A stretch of 64,000 nucleotides of DNA from a virus: positions 89,341 to 153,340 of IMG/VR virus record IMGVR_UViG_3300048930_000242. One strand, 5' to 3'. Numbering within the stretch: position 1 is the first letter of the stretch; every line of letters begins with the position of its first letter. A model generated the notes under the pieces. That model was not told the DNA's origin and searched no databases. It was given only the letters and a program-made list of their open reading frames with translations. Positions 9,653-19,370 of the stretch are shown here, in pieces. The translations under genes and the position numbers were made by a program.

Positions 9653-9881
9653 TTCTCCAACTCTTCTGGAGATTCGCTCGGATGGAGTCTCTCCTGGATT
9701 CACTCTCCCGGGTAACGGCATTATCTCTATGGAGCTCACTCCAGATCAAACCAGAAGCCTTCTTGGATTCAGCAAGAGTTCCATCAGTGGAATCGCCCAG
9801 GTAGAGGCTATTAATGGAACTCTTCAGGTGTCTCGTCCTTGGGATTATGTATGGACCGTGTCCTATGAAGGAACTCAGTGA
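9588..9881 (+). CDS. paralog of the C-terminal half of ORF 8613-9227
   Basis: shared PPxD...MELTP...SGxAQxE...RPWDYxWxV..EGT. Confidence 0.6.
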   Translation: MAKPPIDTTGLTFVAQFKKSASSPTLLEIRSDGVSPGFTLPGNGIISMELTPDQTRSLLGFSKSSISGIAQVEAINGTLQVSRPWDYVWTVSYEGTQ

Positions 9882-10315
9882 TGCTTCAATCCATTGTCTT
9901 GTTCCCAGACACAAACTCGATAATCATAGAGCAACCGAAGGAAGAGAATAGCGCCGTCATCATTTTCGGGCCTTCGGTCTATCCGGCGAACCAACGAGGC
10001 CCTCAGGGAATCCAAGGAGAAACTGGCCCACAAGGAGCTCAAGGCATTCAGGGAGAGACCGGTCCACAAGGTCCTCAGGGAATCCAAGGAGAGACAGGCC
10101 CTCAGGGACTTCCTGGAGTAGACGCGACGGTTCATGCAAGAAGGCAGGAGCATTCTACTCCATATCTCTACGCCGGCACAGCGCCGACCAATAGCTTAGA
10201 AAGCGATCCGGTCTGGAGAATCACTAGATTGACATACACAAACGGATCTTTGACGGCCACTCAATTGGCCGAAAATGTCACTTGGACCGGCCGAGCCGGT
10301 CATACCTACATCTGA
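9878..10315 (+). CDS. collagen-like repeat protein (tail fibre-like)
   Basis: (GPQ/GIQ/GET)n Gly-X-Y repeats; C-terminal VWRITR motif. Confidence 0.8.
   Translation: MMLQSIVLFPDTNSIIIEQPKEENSAVIIFGPSVYPANQRGPQGIQGETGPQGAQGIQGETGPQGPQGIQGETGPQGLPGVDATVHARRQEHSTPYLYAGTAPTNSLESDPVWRITRLTYTNGSLTATQLAENVTWTGRAGHTYI
9998..10117 (+). repeat. collagen-coding tandem repeat (approximately 36-nt units)
   Basis: ggccctcagggaatccaaggaga-type units recur. Confidence 0.75.
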
Positions 10316-10325
10316 GGATCGAGCG

Positions 10326-10646
10326 ATGGCATTCACCGGCAACACCCCCGACTTCCCTTTCCGTGGCGTGAGCCTGATCACGTCGCCGGCGTTCGGCCCG
10401 ACGTCAGTCGAGGGCCGTGTCGTGATCCAGTGCCAGCCGTATGGCGTGGTCGACGGGCAGATCGTGCGGCCGATGACAACCGTCGACGTCGACGGGGTGC
10501 CGACCGAGGTCGTGGACACGTCGCGCAACACGTCGCGGAGCTTTGTTGACGCCTACGCGGCGGCGGCGGGGAATCCGGCCTATGCGCAGGCGCTGGCGCT
10601 GATCTCGCAGGGGATTCAACTCCTGATCGACGCCGAGGGTCTTTGA
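10326..10646 (+). CDS. hypothetical protein (possible fibre assembly factor)
   Basis: GAGG RBS before MAFTGN; GC-rich codons. Confidence 0.6.
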   Translation: MAFTGNTPDFPFRGVSLITSPAFGPTSVEGRVVIQCQPYGVVDGQIVRPMTTVDVDGVPTEVVDTSRNTSRSFVDAYAAAAGNPAYAQALALISQGIQLLIDAEGL

Positions 10647-10647
10647 T

Positions 10648-11721
10648 ATGGCAGATAAATGGCCGCTTGCCGACGGTGTCTGGTCGAACGCTGCAAACTG
10701 GAACGGCGGCACAAAACCAATAACCGGCGACGTCGTTTATGCGGACAACCGGATCGTCGCGATTGACGAGACGCCGGCAAGCGGCATCACGCTGCGGAAT
10801 AGCGCGCGGTCCGGCGGGACAGCCGGCGGGCAGTTCACTATCGCCATTAACTTGACGCTGACGCTTAATGTCGAGGGGTGGACACAAACGACTGCTGGTG
10901 GATTTTTGAATACTAGCGGAACCGCCAATGTCACAATTATTGGGAATGTAACATGGGCGGTCAGTCAATCGCTGGATGCCAGATATGCGATAAACCATGC
11001 CAGCACCGGGAGTCTTGTCGTTGTTGGAGCTGTCGTTAGCACTTCGACGCGCTCATCTGGCGGGGCAATCGCGGTTAATGCAGGCGGTCCAGTTTCCATT
11101 GTTGGCAACGTATCAAGCACGGCAGGATCGCCCGCTGTATCTTATTTCGCTTCATCCACTTTAACTATTACCGGCAATGTAACAAACAGTGGAAGCAGCG
11201 CCACGGTTTCGTCGGTTGTGGCTCAAACGGTAAACGTCATCGGGAACTTAATCGGCGGCGCAAGTTATGCCGTTGGTAACGGTAACACGTCGCAAGTGTT
11301 TATTGTCGACGTTGTTGGGAATGTAAGCGCGGGTGCTTCGCCGGCCGTATTAATGGCTTCGCCTTCTGGCTCGGTGACTGTCACCGGCAACTTAACGAAT
11401 AATGTTGCTGTCATGGCAATATATTCACCAAGACTGCGTTTGGGAGCCACTCAGCCGACGTACTGGCAGCTCTACACGCCGACTGGCGTCGACCGCCGCC
11501 TCTACACCGCAGACAGCGTCGGCGGCAACCCGGCGACGTCCAACGTGCGCCTCGGCACGACCTACGGGCCGGCATCGGAGTTGACCGGCACGTTGGCGGT
11601 GCCGCCTGCGTCGGCGGTCGGTGCGGGGGTGCCGGTCGACAATACGGTCGGAACTGCGGTCTGGACGGCGGAGCAGATCAGCGCTGCGCTGGCGCCGTTG
11701 TTTGCCGCCTACGGCTCTTAA
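10648..11721 (+). CDS. beta-solenoid adhesin/tail-spike-like protein
   Basis: WSNAANWNGG N-terminus, repeated (I/V)xGNV rungs, NVRLGTTYG...TGTL C-terminus. Confidence 0.7.
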   Translation: MADKWPLADGVWSNAANWNGGTKPITGDVVYADNRIVAIDETPASGITLRNSARSGGTAGGQFTIAINLTLTLNVEGWTQTTAGGFLNTSGTANVTIIGNVTWAVSQSLDARYAINHASTGSLVVVGAVVSTSTRSSGGAIAVNAGGPVSIVGNVSSTAGSPAVSYFASSTLTITGNVTNSGSSATVSSVVAQTVNVIGNLIGGASYAVGNGNTSQVFIVDVVGNVSAGASPAVLMASPSGSVTVTGNLTNNVAVMAIYSPRLRLGATQPTYWQLYTPTGVDRRLYTADSVGGNPATSNVRLGTTYGPASELTGTLAVPPASAVGAGVPVDNTVGTAVWTAEQISAALAPLFAAYGS

Positions 11722-11943
11722 TCACCGGTCTCCTGGAGTGTATCCGAGGAACTCTTCCTCGGTCATTCCATTCCAAGTATGGCCATCGCCTTCAACATCG
11801 AAGATATAGCTCATAAAATGCCTTTGCTTGGTCTGACGAATCGTGAAGGTGGCGACTCCGTATCGATTCCGGCCGGTCGCCTTTTCTCCTAGTCGGACCT
11901 GACGTCCGGCTTCTCGCCATTCCAGGTAGGTCTTACTTTCCAT
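11722..11943 (-). CDS. small ArdC-like ssDNA-binding motif protein
   Basis: TYLEWREAGRQVRLGEKA. Confidence 0.55.
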   Translation of the reverse strand: MESKTYLEWREAGRQVRLGEKATGRNRYGVATFTIRQTKQRHFMSYIFDVEGDGHTWNGMTEEEFLGYTPGDR

Positions 11944-12123
11944 ATCAAGCCGCCTTGATTGACTTCACGAACTCGTTGGCCCAATAGACCGTCAAGATCA
12001 AATCCAGACCGACCAGCCACGGATTCTGACTGAGAGCTCCGGCCGAAACTGCGAAGAATAAACAGATCAGAAGAGAGATCTGAGACCAATTGCGCTTCAA
12101 GAAATCCATTGCGATTCTCCTTC

Positions 12124-12816
12124 TCAGACGATGATGGTGTTCACGAGCTTCAGCACGTTTGTCATGAAGACATGTTTGCCGAGGACCGGATTGTCGTAGA
12201 ACTGGTTGACCAGAGTGAAGTCGACCAGATTCCGTGAGATCTGAGCCTCCGAGGCGTGACTTCGGAACTCCTCTTTGCTGGTCGCTCCGATCGAACTCCC
12301 AAGAGCCTCGACCTGGATGATCACTCCGCCCATCTGGCGGATTGCCTCGGCCTCGTTATCGAAGCGCACGTCGGTGATCACCGTGAAGTAGCCATTGGCC
12401 TTGTTCTTCTGGACGTTCCGACGGACAATGTCCAGCCAGATTGAGTCCGAGATCATGTTTCGGCCCCAGTCTGTGCCGAGAGTCTGGAGCATGAACCGCA
12501 ATGACTTGCCTCCGAACTCCGGTATAGGGTCGTTCTTGCCGACTCCACCGTGCTCTTTGTAGATCTTGTCTACGTCGATTCCGAGACACTTGATCATCTT
12601 GCGGATCGGCTCGGCGAAGGACTCTCGCTTGACACGGATACCGGAAGACTCGATCGCATCTCCGGCCGAGTCCTTGCCGGAGCCGGCTTTTCCGGCGAAA
12701 CCAATCACCGGAATCTTGATATCTTGGAAACCTTCGGACTTCTTGAAGATCTGCTGGTAGAAGGCATTCGCGACCTTCTCAAAATCAATGATGGCCGCTT
12801 GGCCCAACTTAGACAT
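12124..12816 (-). CDS. deoxynucleoside monophosphate kinase (T4 gp1-like)
   Basis: GKAGSGKD, FAEPI, LQTLGTDWGR, ITDVRFDNE, HASE. Confidence 0.92.
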   Translation of the reverse strand: MSKLGQAAIIDFEKVANAFYQQIFKKSEGFQDIKIPVIGFAGKAGSGKDSAGDAIESSGIRVKRESFAEPIRKMIKCLGIDVDKIYKEHGGVGKNDPIPEFGGKSLRFMLQTLGTDWGRNMISDSIWLDIVRRNVQKNKANGYFTVITDVRFDNEAEAIRQMGGVIIQVEALGSSIGATSKEEFRSHASEAQISRNLVDFTLVNQFYDNPVLGKHVFMTNVLKLVNTIIV

Positions 12817-12827
12817 TCACATTCTCC

Positions 12828-13241
12828 TTATTCTGTTAACATCCTGTAGGCGCGAGCATTCAGCCTGATGCCTTGGACTCCGTGCACTTTCAGAAGCTCT
12901 TGTAGAAACTTCTTGCGTTGAACAAGCCACCCCTGGAGCAATTCAACTCGTTGAAAGTGAATGTCGTCGCTGTAATAGAATTCCTCGTACGGCATTTTTC
13001 CACTACAGACGAGGTTGATTGCGGCCGCGTAGGCTTCTTGGTGAGTTCCGTATCGCGGCCTCTTCCACCAAAGCCAACCGACGATTTTCTTCTTCAGAAT
13101 CTCGGTGCATTCATCGATCAGCGCCAGGCGCTTATTGGAAATCAATACATCGGCCTCAAAGATCTTTTCTTCGGCCTTTTTATGCACCCATTCAAGGCTG
13201 CATTCAATCTGGAAGTCAGGAGTTGGTTCGCATTTGCTCAT
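12828..13241 (-). CDS. hypothetical protein
   Basis: ORF in operon. Confidence 0.6.
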   Translation of the reverse strand: MSKCEPTPDFQIECSLEWVHKKAEEKIFEADVLISNKRLALIDECTEILKKKIVGWLWWKRPRYGTHQEAYAAAINLVCSGKMPYEEFYYSDDIHFQRVELLQGWLVQRKKFLQELLKVHGVQGIRLNARAYRMLTE

Positions 13242-13443
13242 TTTGATTTCTCTCTTTCAGAAGTTGTCCGTGTAGTTGGGCAATCACCGCCGCATACACA
13301 TCCAGGCTTTGCTTTGGCGGCCCTACTTGGAAATAGTGGAGCCACCAATGTCTGGAGTTTGGTTGGCGGATTCGAATCCCGACAACCTCTTCGTATTTGT
13401 CGTCGAGCATATACTCGACTTCGTACTCATTTGGCTTCGTCAT
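13216..13443 (-). CDS. hypothetical protein
   Basis: ORF overlapping both neighbours. Confidence 0.5.
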   Translation of the reverse strand: MTKPNEYEVEYMLDDKYEEVVGIRIRQPNSRHWWLHYFQVGPPKQSLDVYAAVIAQLHGQLLKERNQNEQMRTNS

Positions 13444-14569
13444 AAACCTTGTTCATCACCTTGAAAGAGCGGACCTTTCCGTTCTCGTCGACGTATTGGC
13501 AGACCACGCCTTCGAACATCTCGAAGTTATACTCCGGAGCCAAGAGCTCTTCTTCCTTTGTCGCAGACAGCGCCTCGGCCAGAGTCTTCGAAGTCTCGAT
13601 CTTCCGAAGGAACTCTGCGGTGATCACAGTGTTGCACGAGAGGTATGGCACAGTTCGGATGTCTTCGATGTCCAGAAGAGACTCGAACGGAAGGTACTCA
13701 AGAGTCCGAAGGTCGAGCAGCGAGAACCAAGAGACACTCTTCTCTCGTTGACTCCAAGGATTGTACTTGCCGGACTGGATGCCTGGTCCATGGACTTCGC
13801 CGCGGATGGCCAGTGATTTGCCGGTCTTGACGCAGTAGTCCTCGAGCATCTTGAAGATGTTCGAAGACTTCACGGCATCCCAGTACCGATTGGTCTCACC
13901 GACTCCAGGAATCTTCAGCTCGTTGTTCCTGGCGCAGTAGCCAAGGATTGGTCGATCTTCAGTTCCGCCTTCGGCAAGGACATATCCACGATGGCCAGGA
14001 AGGACGCAGTAGACGGTCAATGATGTACCGTCGATCTTTTCGGTGACCGTACACACTTGTCCAAGAACCTGGGCTTCTCCAAGGTTCTGGTAGCGGTCCT
14101 CGTCGGTCGGCATCAAGCAAAACGGAAGCGGACCCTTGACGGTGAGGTCGGTCGGAAGAGGCGCTTCATACTTGGTGACACCGAAAGACGCTGAGACTTC
14201 GGTCCCAGCTTTCGGGTATTTGGGGTCCGTGCTCCACCAATGATCTGTGAACAGAGCATAGCAAGATGGATCGGAAGAAACTTTGTTGAACGGAACAACC
14301 AGGCCAAAACTCCACTCTCCACGGATGTTCTTGGCCTTCACTCGCCGGGTGGTCGAGGAGACAAACGAAAGGTACTCTTGAGCCCACTCTCGGTCAGCCG
14401 GAAGAGACGCGTCAGGATGGACCAAGAAGCATTTCGAGCCGACCTGGTACACGCCACGGCCAACGATCGCCTCGTAGCCAGCGACTCGGACGATGTCCAG
14501 GCGGTCAGCATTCGGATGCGGTCGGACGGACTCGACACACTCAAAGGTCATCAACTTGTTACTCATCAT
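13427..14569 (-). CDS. RNA ligase, DRB0094/Rnl5 family
   Basis: N-terminal OB domain (HPNADRL), TEKIDGTS, RGE, FEGVV, SFKV motifs. Confidence 0.88.
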   Translation of the reverse strand: MMSNKLMTFECVESVRPHPNADRLDIVRVAGYEAIVGRGVYQVGSKCFLVHPDASLPADREWAQEYLSFVSSTTRRVKAKNIRGEWSFGLVVPFNKVSSDPSCYALFTDHWWSTDPKYPKAGTEVSASFGVTKYEAPLPTDLTVKGPLPFCLMPTDEDRYQNLGEAQVLGQVCTVTEKIDGTSLTVYCVLPGHRGYVLAEGGTEDRPILGYCARNNELKIPGVGETNRYWDAVKSSNIFKMLEDYCVKTGKSLAIRGEVHGPGIQSGKYNPWSQREKSVSWFSLLDLRTLEYLPFESLLDIEDIRTVPYLSCNTVITAEFLRKIETSKTLAEALSATKEEELLAPEYNFEMFEGVVCQYVDENGKVRSFKVMNKVYDEAK

Positions 14570-14609
14570 TGGTCTCCATGCTAAAAGGCCTTCTCGATCT
14601 GTTAGATTG

Positions 14610-14654
14610 ATTCTAACACAAAGAGAAGGCCTTGTCCAGCGTTCAATTGTAAAA
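14610..14654 (-). promoter_or_regulatory. early-type promoter copy
   Basis: TTTACAA...TGGACA-N17-TAGAAT. Confidence 0.85.
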
Positions 14655-14658
14655 TTTG

Positions 14659-14904
14659 TTACTCGTCGGCTCCGTTCGTTGCCTGGATCTCCAGAGCGAG
14701 CTTTCGCATGTCATGCGTCAAGCGGCTCATCGCATTGGACTTTGCATTGGCCTCGCGGTGACGCTCGCGGCCATGAGCCTTCGACTTCTCGATGAAGCCA
14801 CGGAAAGCAACTCGCTGCTCCTCCGGAGTGTCAATCCTCCGCGCGAGCTCGTCCATCCGCTTGCAGACCTTCGTGTACCCGATGATGCAGGTTCGCTTTT
14901 TCAT
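14659..14904 (-). CDS. hypothetical basic protein
   Basis: MKKRTC start after AGGA. Confidence 0.55.
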   Translation of the reverse strand: MKKRTCIIGYTKVCKRMDELARRIDTPEEQRVAFRGFIEKSKAHGRERHREANAKSNAMSRLTHDMRKLALEIQATNGADE

Positions 14905-15061
14905 TTTCAATGATCCTCTTGATGGATTCGGAAACTTCGGACTCAACTCGATCGTACCAGTCTTCCCACTCTACGTTGCGTTCGGTGAGCATTTCCCTGG
15001 AGCTCCTCGGTAGTTGGTAGGATCATTCTACCACTTTCCGAGGAGCTTGTCCAGCGTCAGA

Positions 15062-16063
15062 TCACTTGATTACAATCACCTTGGTGCCACTCACCAGCTT
15101 ACGATTGAGGCTGGTGCTCTGGACGAAGACGTCCCAGACATTGCCCGGAGTCTTGTCGACCGAGATCCGCACCGTACCGGCCGGGATCCCAAGGATTGCG
15201 CGAGCGTTCGGACCGTGGTAGGCCTTGCCGGAAACTCGGTGGACGATCAAGAGGTTCTTCATCGGACCAAGCTGTTCGGACTTCGTGAGCTGGTAGTAGG
15301 CCGAGCCCTTCACATAGCGGCCAAGTTTGCTCTCGACGAACGGAGCGATCTCCACACCGTCGAAGTTCACATCCAGGAACTGGAGAGGCTGAGTGAACGC
15401 GGCCACCGTTCCTTCCGCAACGGCCTTCTGAACAGCCGCTGTGTTCGGACGGAAGAGGCTGCTCGAAGTGGTCTGACCGGACGAACGAGTGGTTGCGTAT
15501 TCACGCATCGAGGAAGTGACGGTCGCCTTGACCTCAGAGAAGTCTCGGTTGATGTCCCAAATCTGGATGTTGCCGTGAGGGATTCCAAGGCTCTTCGCGT
15601 AGGTCTCGCCGTATTGGTTCGGCACGAAGGCAGCCACGGTCACCAGGTTCGCCAACTTGGCGTGCTGAGACTTCAGCGTCGAGATAGGAACCCGCGAGCT
15701 GTTGTCCTCACCATCGGTAACCAGATAGACCAAGAACGTGCGATCACGAGAATCGCAGCGCTGGCGAAGAGCGGCGATGTCTTCATAGACCGTCGACAGT
15801 GCATCCACGATGGCTGTGTTGCCAAACGGACGGTAGTCATCGAACTTCGCGAACCGAGGATCGCCATCGGTCAGAGCACGGGAGCAGCGCTCGTTGAATG
15901 TGTAAACGCTCACTCGATTTTCAACACCCGGAATAAGGTCTCCGGTCTCCGAGATCAAGGCGTTACAAACATTCTTCACCTGGTTGGTATGGCGCATCAT
16001 CGAACCAGATTGGTCGACCACGAAATAGACATGATTGACCTGAGACGAATTGATTTTCTGCAT
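15062..16063 (-). CDS. von Willebrand factor A domain protein
   Basis: MIDAS DQSGSM, T, and VTDGEDNSS. Confidence 0.85.
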   Translation of the reverse strand: MQKINSSQVNHVYFVVDQSGSMMRHTNQVKNVCNALISETGDLIPGVENRVSVYTFNERCSRALTDGDPRFAKFDDYRPFGNTAIVDALSTVYEDIAALRQRCDSRDRTFLVYLVTDGEDNSSRVPISTLKSQHAKLANLVTVAAFVPNQYGETYAKSLGIPHGNIQIWDINRDFSEVKATVTSSMREYATTRSSGQTTSSSLFRPNTAAVQKAVAEGTVAAFTQPLQFLDVNFDGVEIAPFVESKLGRYVKGSAYYQLTKSEQLGPMKNLLIVHRVSGKAYHGPNARAILGIPAGTVRISVDKTPGNVWDVFVQSTSLNRKLVSGTKVIVIK

Positions 16064-16141
16064 TTTAGATCTCCTTTGATTGGGACTTTGCCCTAAGTTT
16101 GGTTTCTTTTTTGGTGTGGCTTTCACCACAAACTATCTATA

Positions 16142-17587
16142 TCAGTCGAAACTAGCCTCAAGGTCGCGGTACATTTTCACTCGAGCTCGAATCGACTCTA
16201 CATTCTGGTCAATCGCGTCTTCCAACGAATGCATCGCGCCGGCCACTCCAACAGGAAGACGCTCGACCAGATTGTTCTTGCGGAACGCAACCGGCTCTCC
16301 TTTCTCGGAGAACACGGTGGTCACAATACCGGCCTTCGACTTCTTGCTGGTCTGGCCAATAGGACTCTTGAAAACCGGATCCCAATGGTCGGAATAGATG
16401 TTGTTGGTTTTGGCCGAGCATTTCATGGCAAACGAAAAAGTGTCTCGGTCGAGCTTCTGAAGAAGTGCTCCGCCCATACCAAAGGCGATATTATCGGCAG
16501 AGAAACCATTATCATGGATCTCTTGAAGAATCTCTCCAATACTAACAGGATTAACTCCATCTCCTTGGATAATTCGGACACGGTTCAAAACCTTGAACCC
16601 TTTTGTGTTAATTGTGTAACCAAATTTCTTTGCCAAAATCCAAAGACACTGAATGACAGTCTCCTTTGGATCTCCTGAATCTGGCCGAATCACCAGAGTT
16701 CCAGGCGCAGCGAGCACCTCGTCTTTCAGCACTCCGCCCCAGATGTTCTCACAGGCGTTGAAGATGTCGTAAGAGTCCGAGACAACAGCAAAGAGTCCTC
16801 CGCCGAACTGCTTGATCATGTTCCGATAGGCGTCGACCTCGTTGTCCTTGCCCCAGGAGGTGATCGTCGAATGCTCGGCTGCCGGGATCGAGAATCCGAC
16901 CATCTCGGAATCATAGACCTCTTCGGCGAAAGCCAGAGCCTCCATCGTGTCGGTACCCATGAAGCCAACGCAAAGGTGAGCGAAGCCACCAAGTTCGGCC
17001 GACTCATGAGAACTGACGCCTCGAGCTCCGAAGTCATGGAGCATGAATGGGAGCTTAGACTTGTCGTCGCAAGTTAGGTCCATATAGTACTCGATCATCT
17101 CATAGCAGTAGTTCGAGATCGAGGCCACAGTGGACGGATACCAGATGCACCGCTGGATCAGCGTCTCGAGGAACCCAGGCAGCCAGAAGAAGTCCGGATC
17201 GGTGTTCACGACGGTGAGGATCGGAACGCCTGGGTTGACGATCGTGCCTTCCTTGACCGTATTGATCTTGACGGCGCCAAGGAGACGACCACCATACCGC
17301 TCGACCAGAGTGTTCCAACCTTCCTCGTTGAACGGCTCTCCGGCGGCTGTTACAATCCGCTTCGCCTGTTCAACATGAGCGGAAGTCACTCGAAGGCTCT
17401 CCAGGAGAGCCAGAAGGTAACGCTGTCCGACGCAGACTACTTTGGTGATTGCATCTTCTCCACTGAGCGTCTTGATCGAACGAGCCTCAATGTACTCGTA
17501 GACATAGTTGGTGTCCGGCGGATACTGGAGATAGTGACTGTGCTTATAGGCATCGGTCATGAGAATTGGGTTATTGCTGCGGTTCAT
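16142..17587 (-). CDS. nadV: nicotinamide phosphoribosyltransferase (NAMPT)
   Basis: TDAYKHSH, HDFGARG, PAAEHS, VSDSYD, IRPDSGD, IQGDG, FGMGGALLQ. Confidence 0.96.
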   Translation of the reverse strand: MNRSNNPILMTDAYKHSHYLQYPPDTNYVYEYIEARSIKTLSGEDAITKVVCVGQRYLLALLESLRVTSAHVEQAKRIVTAAGEPFNEEGWNTLVERYGGRLLGAVKINTVKEGTIVNPGVPILTVVNTDPDFFWLPGFLETLIQRCIWYPSTVASISNYCYEMIEYYMDLTCDDKSKLPFMLHDFGARGVSSHESAELGGFAHLCVGFMGTDTMEALAFAEEVYDSEMVGFSIPAAEHSTITSWGKDNEVDAYRNMIKQFGGGLFAVVSDSYDIFNACENIWGGVLKDEVLAAPGTLVIRPDSGDPKETVIQCLWILAKKFGYTINTKGFKVLNRVRIIQGDGVNPVSIGEILQEIHDNGFSADNIAFGMGGALLQKLDRDTFSFAMKCSAKTNNIYSDHWDPVFKSPIGQTSKKSKAGIVTTVFSEKGEPVAFRKNNLVERLPVGVAGAMHSLEDAIDQNVESIRARVKMYRDLEASFD

Positions 17588-17632
17588 TGTGTTTCTCCTT
17601 TAACGTTTAACAAGGATTGGTGTTGTTATACT

Positions 17633-18574
17633 TTAGACGACTGGGTCTTTCCACATCAGGTGCCGAGAGAGCATCTCCATCAATGGACGATGATTCGGAA
17701 CCAGATCGGAATAGTTCGGCCACTTTGTCAGTTCGATGGTCTTGAGTTCGAAGAGATCGTCACCCGGCTCCATTCTGCCTTTCGGATTCCGACCGATGAA
17801 GAACAGAGTCTTGATCTTGTCGACTTCCTTCCGGTACCGCCAGTCGTCGATCAGCATCGAGCCGATGTACTCGACATGGCTAAGGATCAGACCGGTCTCT
17901 TCACGGACTTCGCGCTTGGCATCGTCCTCAAAGGAAGGAGAGTTCGGCTCGGAGAATCCTCCTGGGAAGCGCCAAAGCTCCTCGTTCTTCTTCCGACCAA
18001 GGACCAACAAACCAGACTCGTTGAAAACCGCTACATCCACCGTGGTGAACGTTGTTGGGTAGCGGTGATAGGCAGACCAAACTGCGCCGGCTCGGAACTC
18101 TGCGGTGGCCTGAGGGTTCTCAGCAATGCTTTCTCGGACCGCCGTACCGGATGGATTCTGGCGAACAATCTTCGGCTCAAGAATCTCGGTCTTGAAGTCG
18201 CCGGTGTAATGCGGAATGAACGAATCACGGGACCCGTAGAGAACGGTCTCGATGCTCGCCTGACCCATGAACTGGCGATACCTCACGATCAACTCGTCGA
18301 GATTCTTAGACCAGACATGGTCGAGCATTTCGTCTTGGATGTAGCGGTAGTTGACCCGATCGGACACGCCGATGTACTTGAAGTGATCTTCAAGCATGCG
18401 CTTACGAGATTGGAAGTCCAGAGGATTCGCCCGAGTTGCTCGGACCGAAGAGTTGCCAAGGACTACTAGAAGATGGTCGTGTTTCGAGAGGACTTCATTG
18501 AAGAGCTCGATGTGACCCGGATGAAGAGTCGGAACCTGGAAACGTCCGACAATGACGCCTAGCGAGTTGCTCAT
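17633..18574 (-). CDS. bifunctional NMN adenylyltransferase / Nudix ADP-ribose hydrolase (NadM-Nudix)
   Basis: GRFQ..HPGH nucleotidyltransferase motif, SGTAVR, Nudix box PGGF...AKREVREETG. Confidence 0.93.
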   Translation of the reverse strand: MSNSLGVIVGRFQVPTLHPGHIELFNEVLSKHDHLLVVLGNSSVRATRANPLDFQSRKRMLEDHFKYIGVSDRVNYRYIQDEMLDHVWSKNLDELIVRYRQFMGQASIETVLYGSRDSFIPHYTGDFKTEILEPKIVRQNPSGTAVRESIAENPQATAEFRAGAVWSAYHRYPTTFTTVDVAVFNESGLLVLGRKKNEELWRFPGGFSEPNSPSFEDDAKREVREETGLILSHVEYIGSMLIDDWRYRKEVDKIKTLFFIGRNPKGRMEPGDDLFELKTIELTKWPNYSDLVPNHRPLMEMLSRHLMWKDPVV

Positions 18575-18688
18575 TTTTCACTCCTTCTTGGCGGTCAACG
18601 ATTACACCGCTTTTGTTAGGAACCATTCTATCAGCTAGGCAGGCACTTGTCCATACCTAGCTGATAGTGTTTACAACATTGTTACAAC

Positions 18689-19324
18689 TTACCGAGTACC
18701 GACTGGCTCGTAGCCTTCAGCAAACAAGAAGTCAGCATTTCCGATCAACGCGACCGATGGGGCTGGAGTCGTGTAGGTCGAAGCACCAGTGCGGCTAAGG
18801 ACTTCCAGACCGTCCAAGAAATAGCTTCCCTTCACGAAGGTATCGGTTCCGTTGGAGCCAGAATACTCTGCGTAGGCGAAACCATCGGCGTCATGGAGCT
18901 TGTCATTCGAGAACTGGCAGTCAAAGGTGATGTCGTTGCGCTTGGTAATGTAACGACCGGTCTTGACGCCGTTCACATAGAAAGCCTGGTCCGGCGTGTA
19001 GGCATAGGTGAAGCCAGCGGTTCCGTCAGTCAATTCAGCTTCGGCTGGATTACGGAGAGCCGCGCCGGTTGCGAAACCAGCAGCTGGGGTAGCCGCATGA
19101 GTGGTTCCGGCCGTGGTGCACTCGTAGACGTGATAGATCGCGGTGGCGCCGTCTGCCAAGACCTTGATGACTAGGTCACCGAGTTCATAGGCGGTGTTGC
19201 GTGCTAGTTCACGAGCCTTGCCACAAGCAATGTATGCTGGACGGGCACCGGCGTCGTAGTGAAGACGGCCCTGGGTGTCCAGGTGGAAAATGCCGTCACG
19301 GTTGGTGTGCTTGGTTTGTGCCAT
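18689..19324 (-). CDS. hypothetical, probably virion protein
   Basis: strongly biased codons; GAGG RBS; ATAGATA motif upstream. Confidence 0.65.
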   Translation of the reverse strand: MAQTKHTNRDGIFHLDTQGRLHYDAGARPAYIACGKARELARNTAYELGDLVIKVLADGATAIYHVYECTTAGTTHAATPAAGFATGAALRNPAEAELTDGTAGFTYAYTPDQAFYVNGVKTGRYITKRNDITFDCQFSNDKLHDADGFAYAEYSGSNGTDTFVKGSYFLDGLEVLSRTGASTYTTPAPSVALIGNADFLFAEGYEPVGTR

Positions 19325-19370
19325 TTTAGTTCCTCAGTTTGTGGTCAGAGATCGAGCTTTGTAGCCTTAT

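Noticed and set aside
8571-11721. Diversity-generating retroelement or invertible tail-fibre switch
   Set aside because: No reverse transcriptase, invertase, adenine-specific repeat pair or flanking inverted repeats were seen; the duplication is divergent and visible only at protein level.
15014-18469. Long + strand ORFs antisense to real genes (15014-16096, 17375-18469; also 3658-4563, 48507-49316)
   Set aside because: These are shadow frames produced by the codon bias of the - strand genes; they have no motifs or RBS.
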